NCBI GenBank assembly: GCA_020353515.1 | Contig: CP070695.1 | Location: 3,774,277 to 3,838,276 of the forward strand | Direction: 5' to 3' | DNA length: 64,000 nt | Source: Candidatus Heimdallarchaeota archaeon | Lineage (GTDB): Archaea; Asgardarchaeota; Heimdallarchaeia; Hodarchaeales; Hodarchaeaceae | Shown: one piece after another, positions 59,712-64,000 of the stretch | Numbering within the stretch: the stretch's first letter is position 1 | Layout: each line of letters opens with the position of its first letter | Program-made: the position numbers and the translations under genes | The notes under the pieces: generated by a model | Database searches by the model: none | What the model was told of the DNA's origin: nothing | Seen by the model: the letters and a program-made list of their open reading frames with translations, nothing else

Positions 59712-62678
59712 ATGCTAAAGAGCGTTTTCGATCCAAAATCTATTGAGAGGGATTTAAAACCTAGGATCCAAGGGGATATTGCCATTGATGACATCAGTCG
59801 TAATTTCTTCAGCACTGATGCAAGTGTATATAGGATTGTGCCTTCCTGCGCCGTTTATCCCAAAAATAAAGAAGATGTGAAAACTGTAATAAAATACGCA
59901 AGTAGTAAGGGAATTCCTATCCATGCCAGAGGAGCTGGATCTGGATTAACGGGCTCAAGTCTAGGACCAGGAATTGTACTCGCTTTTAGAAGATATATGA
60001 ACCAGATTATCGAGATAAACGAAGATGAGGCATATACGATTGTGCAACCTGGAGTCATCTGTGGGAATTTGAACCACGAACTAGCTAAGATAGGAAAGAT
60101 TGTCTACGTCGATAATTCATCTGAAAATTATGCCTCTATTGGAGGAATGATAGGAACAAACTCATCAGGGGCACATGCAGCAAAGTACGGATATATGGCT
60201 GATTTTGTTGAAGAACTAACGGTTATTTTAAGTAATGGTGAAGAAATCAAGACTTATCCCATCGAAATTGATTCTGAAGAATATAATAGCAAAGTTACAG
60301 CGGATACATTAGAAGGAAATCTTTACAAATCAGTAGTAGACATGATTAACAATCCAGAGATTCAAGGTCTTATTTCAGAAAAATGGCCCAAGGTTAAAAT
60401 GAATGTTAGTGGCTATAACATAAGAGATATGGTAAAAGACAATATGGTTGACTTATCAAAAGCATTTTTGGGGTCTGAAGCAACTTTAGGAGTTGTTGTA
60501 GAGGCTAAACTTAAATATATTGACAAACCAATAGACAAAACCTTAGTAGTCATGGATTTCGACTCTCTTGCTAATTCAGGAAGAGCTGTAGACTTAATGG
60601 TAAATCAGATAGGAGTTGCTGCTATTGAAATGCTTGGCAAGGGTGTTATTGAATTTGGTATCGAAATGAACCCCGATTTGAAACAATTTATCCCCAAAAT
60701 TGTTGATAATATCCTTTACATTGAATTCGACGAACAAGATCCGAAAATCCGATCTGAAAAAGTCGAAAAAACGAGAAAATTAATTATTGAGCAAGAAAAA
60801 TTAGCCACAGATATGAGATTTTCTGATGATCCAGTTGAACAAACAAACCTTTGGAAAGTTAGAAAAGATGCAGTACCTTTACTTCAGAAAGTTCGTGAAC
60901 CTCGTCGTATTATGGCATTCGTAGAAGATCAAACAGTTCCCTTAGAACATTTAGGGCATTATATGACAAAGTTAAGAGAGGAAGTATTTCCTAAACATGG
61001 AATACGAGCAGCAATCTATGGACATGCATCGAAAGGACTTGTTCACACACGACCATTTGTTAATACAAAGGATCCAAAGGACTTACAAATTATAAAGGAT
61101 GTCGCGGATGAAATCAATTCCTATGTTATCAGTATAGGAGGAGCTGTCTCTGGTGAACACAATGATGGCCTTGATCGTGTAAATTTCATTATAGATATGT
61201 ATGGGGAAGACCTGTACGAAGTATTCAGGAAATTAAAAGCACAATTTGATCCAAATGGAATTTTAAATCCTGGGAAAAAGATTACAGATGAACAAGACCT
61301 AATAATAAAGAACTTACGCTTTGGTGCTGAGTATTCAACTTTAGATATGGACACAAATCTCGTTTGGGATGATAAGTGGGGATTTACAGACGTTATTGAA
61401 TCCTGTCACGGTTGTGGAAAATGTACTGTAGAATTGATTCCCCAAAGAGATTGTCCAATTTATAGAGCAAAAAGAGCAAGTACAGGAGAACTAGCCTCAC
61501 CAAGGGCTCGAGCAAATTTAATGCGTGGTATTATCTCTGGACAGTTAGATTACAAGATATTCCACTCAAAAGAAGCCAGAGAGGTATTAGAAGACTGTGC
61601 AGGATGCATGATGTGCATTGTCGACTGTCCCTCTTCAGTAAACATACCCAAAGCAATGTTTGACGCAAAAATCATGCACTATAAAAAATCAAAGTGGCCT
61701 TTTATCGGAAAAATTCCGAGAGGGCATTATTTCGCAGGTAACTATGAACTTATCGCTCGATTAGGAAGTACATTCGCGCCTCTATCAAATATAGGGTTGT
61801 GGGGACCAAACAAGTACATGATGCAACTCTTTGGAGGGGTTCACCACAAGGCAAACTTCCCAAAGTTTCGTAGAAAAACTTTCCAAAAATGGTTCAAGAA
61901 TTATCGTAAATCAAACCCACCTCCCAGTAATCCTACAAAGAAAGTAGCAATTTTCCATGGTTGTTTTGCTAACTACACCGAAAATACAGATATTGCTATT
62001 GCAGAAGTCCAAGTTCTGGAAAAAAATAACATCGAAGTAGTTGTTCCTGATAAACAATATTGCTGTGGAATTCCACTTCTCTCTAATGGTCTCGGTCATG
62101 TGGCGATTAAGAAAGGTGAGAAAAACGCAAAAATTTTTGCAGAATATGTAAAGCAAGGATACGATGTTGTAACCCAATGTAGTTCCTGTTTCGCCACACT
62201 TAAGGATGAATTACACGATACACTAGTTGGGAACGATGACTCGAAGGTAGTCAAAGATAAAACCTATTTCTTCTCTGATTATATCCTAAAACTTAAAGAA
62301 GAGGGAAATTTAAACACTGATTTCAATGGTTCAACAGGAAAGAAACTTCGTTTTGGCTACCACGAACCATGTCATCTTCTTAGTACTGGTAGTAAAGGAA
62401 TATCTGTAAATTTACTAAAAAATGTAGATAGTATAGACCTAATCCCTCTTAAAACTGAATGTTGTGGTCAGCTAGGATCTTGGGCTTTTAAATCAAAGAA
62501 TTACAAGTATGGGCAAATCATTGCTGAAAGAAGTTTATACCCAGAGGCAAAGAGAGAGGATATTGATGTTCTCGTCACTGATTGTCCTACATGTAAACTC
62601 CAGCTCCTAAATGTTGATAAAGAGATCTATCACCCCACCCAAGTTCTTCGAGACGCTTATGGTTTAGAAAAACCTTAA
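59712..62678 (+). CDS. FAD-binding/Fe-S oxidoreductase (GlcD + GlcF/GlpC-like fusion)
   Basis: RGAGSGLTG, GSEATLG, GEHNDG, CHGCGKC, CAGCMMC...CP, CCG domains. Confidence 0.92.
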   Translation: MLKSVFDPKSIERDLKPRIQGDIAIDDISRNFFSTDASVYRIVPSCAVYPKNKEDVKTVIKYASSKGIPIHARGAGSGLTGSSLGPGIVLAFRRYMNQIIEINEDEAYTIVQPGVICGNLNHELAKIGKIVYVDNSSENYASIGGMIGTNSSGAHAAKYGYMADFVEELTVILSNGEEIKTYPIEIDSEEYNSKVTADTLEGNLYKSVVDMINNPEIQGLISEKWPKVKMNVSGYNIRDMVKDNMVDLSKAFLGSEATLGVVVEAKLKYIDKPIDKTLVVMDFDSLANSGRAVDLMVNQIGVAAIEMLGKGVIEFGIEMNPDLKQFIPKIVDNILYIEFDEQDPKIRSEKVEKTRKLIIEQEKLATDMRFSDDPVEQTNLWKVRKDAVPLLQKVREPRRIMAFVEDQTVPLEHLGHYMTKLREEVFPKHGIRAAIYGHASKGLVHTRPFVNTKDPKDLQIIKDVADEINSYVISIGGAVSGEHNDGLDRVNFIIDMYGEDLYEVFRKLKAQFDPNGILNPGKKITDEQDLIIKNLRFGAEYSTLDMDTNLVWDDKWGFTDVIESCHGCGKCTVELIPQRDCPIYRAKRASTGELASPRARANLMRGIISGQLDYKIFHSKEAREVLEDCAGCMMCIVDCPSSVNIPKAMFDAKIMHYKKSKWPFIGKIPRGHYFAGNYELIARLGSTFAPLSNIGLWGPNKYMMQLFGGVHHKANFPKFRRKTFQKWFKNYRKSNPPPSNPTKKVAIFHGCFANYTENTDIAIAEVQVLEKNNIEVVVPDKQYCCGIPLLSNGLGHVAIKKGEKNAKIFAEYVKQGYDVVTQCSSCFATLKDELHDTLVGNDDSKVVKDKTYFFSDYILKLKEEGNLNTDFNGSTGKKLRFGYHEPCHLLSTGSKGISVNLLKNVDSIDLIPLKTECCGQLGSWAFKSKNYKYGQIIAERSLYPEAKREDIDVLVTDCPTCKLQLLNVDKEIYHPTQVLRDAYGLEKP

Positions 62679-62766
62679 ATTCTTATTAAACCGTAAATGT
62701 AAGAGATTTGATTGACAATTCATCTCTCTTCCTTTTTTATTAATATCCCTGAATATATTACAGACA

Positions 62767-63196
62767 ATGTTTGATGAGAGACGGATTGATGCAGAAACCA
62801 GAAAAGGAAAGTTTAACAGTGTTTTTTGCCGAAAATTATATACAGATAAATCTGCGTTTGTTTTGATGAATTTTACTGGAAAGCTAATTGATTTATTTAC
62901 CCTTTCACATGAGCTCGGACATGCTCTCCATGCATACCTTGAAACAAGAAATTACGGATATTTCCTTTCAAATAAGTCTGCAATCTTTGCGTTAAATTTC
63001 GTGTACAAAATTGATGGAAACTAATCGTGAGGGAGGGACCCGAAAATTTAAGCATCTTATGGGAGCAGGAATGTCTTCTATGAAAGAAAAAGGTAGATTT
63101 CTGGGAATTGATTTTGATGATCCAACTTGCTGGGATAAAAGCCTTCAGGAATATAAGAAATATCTTGATGAATATGAAAAATTAATTAATTCATAA
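62767..63196 (+). pseudogene. Oligoendopeptidase F (M3B) remnant
   Basis: RIDAETRKGK, VLMNFTG, TLSHELGHALH; a separate frame carries a C-terminal-like fragment; most of the gene is missing. Confidence 0.78.
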
Positions 63197-64000
63197 CAAT
63201 CTCCCTAAAAAGTACCTTTCTGGATCGAAAGATCTAAGAAAACATAACCAGTCAGCAGAAGGCGACTTAAATTGAGTTAGGGGTCTTTTTATTTGTAGAT
63301 CCCAACTAATAGTATCTCTAATCTTTTTAAGAATTTGATCTTCATTTGAACCTTCTCCAATATATCCAGTTAATACAAATGTTCCATCCTCATTTTTTTC
63401 AAATAGCGCTTCTGTAGTCACACATGCAGCAACTTTTACACCTGGTACTGTGATATAGGGTACTTTAGGAGGAAATCTTCCAGATTTAAGAGGAATGAGT
63501 ACGATGATTTCATGGGCGTTTGATCCCACATCATTGGCACCCCCAGACCCAAATAAGACAAATGAGTTAACCCTGGTTGAATTAATATTACCAAATTGAT
63601 CGATTTGTCCTGCTCCAAGTATACCAAGACTCTTCGTCTTACGCAGCAATACTCCTAGGGAAGTGATAGAATCAAGAATAGCTGTTGAGGAACGAAGGTT
63701 ATTAAATTCAAATATGTAAGGACTTGCTGGTTTAGGTTGATAACCATAAAAACCGACCTCTGCAAGAAGATTAATGTCTTGGCCAGCCTCACTGAGTGAA
63801 TGTGCCGCTAACCATGCAGCAAGATTAGATGCTCCTTGACCAGCCAAAATCGTAGAATATTTTTCCCTTATAACACGATCCTTTATGAGCTCTGTAGCAA
63901 CCCAAATCATATTCTCGACTGGTGTGGCTGGATGGTCTGATTGAATGATGTATTTCTTCTCTGTTACAATCCATTTCCAGTATGATTCATCTAAATGTCC
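63191..64000 (-). CDS. Glutaconate-type CoA-transferase, beta-subunit domain (probably alpha/beta fusion), 5' end beyond window
   Basis: LAGQG, AEVG, GAGQIDQFGNINST, GSGGANDV; frame stays open from 63910 to 64000. Confidence 0.85.
   Translation of the reverse strand, partial: GHLDESYWKWIVTEKKYIIQSDHPATPVENMIWVATELIKDRVIREKYSTILAGQGASNLAAWLAAHSLSEAGQDINLLAEVGFYGYQPKPASPYIFEFNNLRSSTAILDSITSLGVLLRKTKSLGILGAGQIDQFGNINSTRVNSFVLFGSGGANDVGSNAHEIIVLIPLKSGRFPPKVPYITVPGVKVAACVTTEALFEKNEDGTFVLTGYIGEGSNEDQILKKIRDTISWDLQIKRPLTQFKSPSADWLCFLRSFDPERYFLGRLL

Overview
AT-rich archaeal chromosomal DNA (RadA, Orc1/Cdc6, archaeal RecJ-like DHH protein). The small GTPase, the beta-helix/Fn3 surface proteins, the LRR remnant, the multi-PAS kinase and MenA suggest an Asgard archaeon, probably Heimdallarchaeia/Hodarchaeales (inference). 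Most genes are housekeeping or metabolic (glpK, radA, cdc6, hypE, hypC, menA, ABC transporter, CoA-transferases, FAD/Fe-S oxidoreductase). I saw no rRNA, tRNA, CRISPR array or intact mobile element. Three uncharacterised loci stand out. (1) A 12-kb translationally coupled four-gene operon (16910-28996): two paralogous beta-helix/Fn3 surface proteins flank two related membrane proteins, one of which is built from repeated TM-hairpin plus long amphipathic-helix units reminiscent of membrane-shaping proteins. (2) An operon (4549-9918) with an atypical small GTPase carrying a ~190-aa insertion between G4 and G5, two unknown proteins (one with a degenerate EF-hand-like pair) and a truncated GTPase paralog. 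(3) A two-TM protein (47601-49292) with an RGG tail, luminal beta domains and a C-terminal RING-like finger, resembling eukaryotic APD-type membrane E3 ligases. Four gene remnants indicate decay by deletion. All family assignments come from motif recognition by eye; no searches were run.
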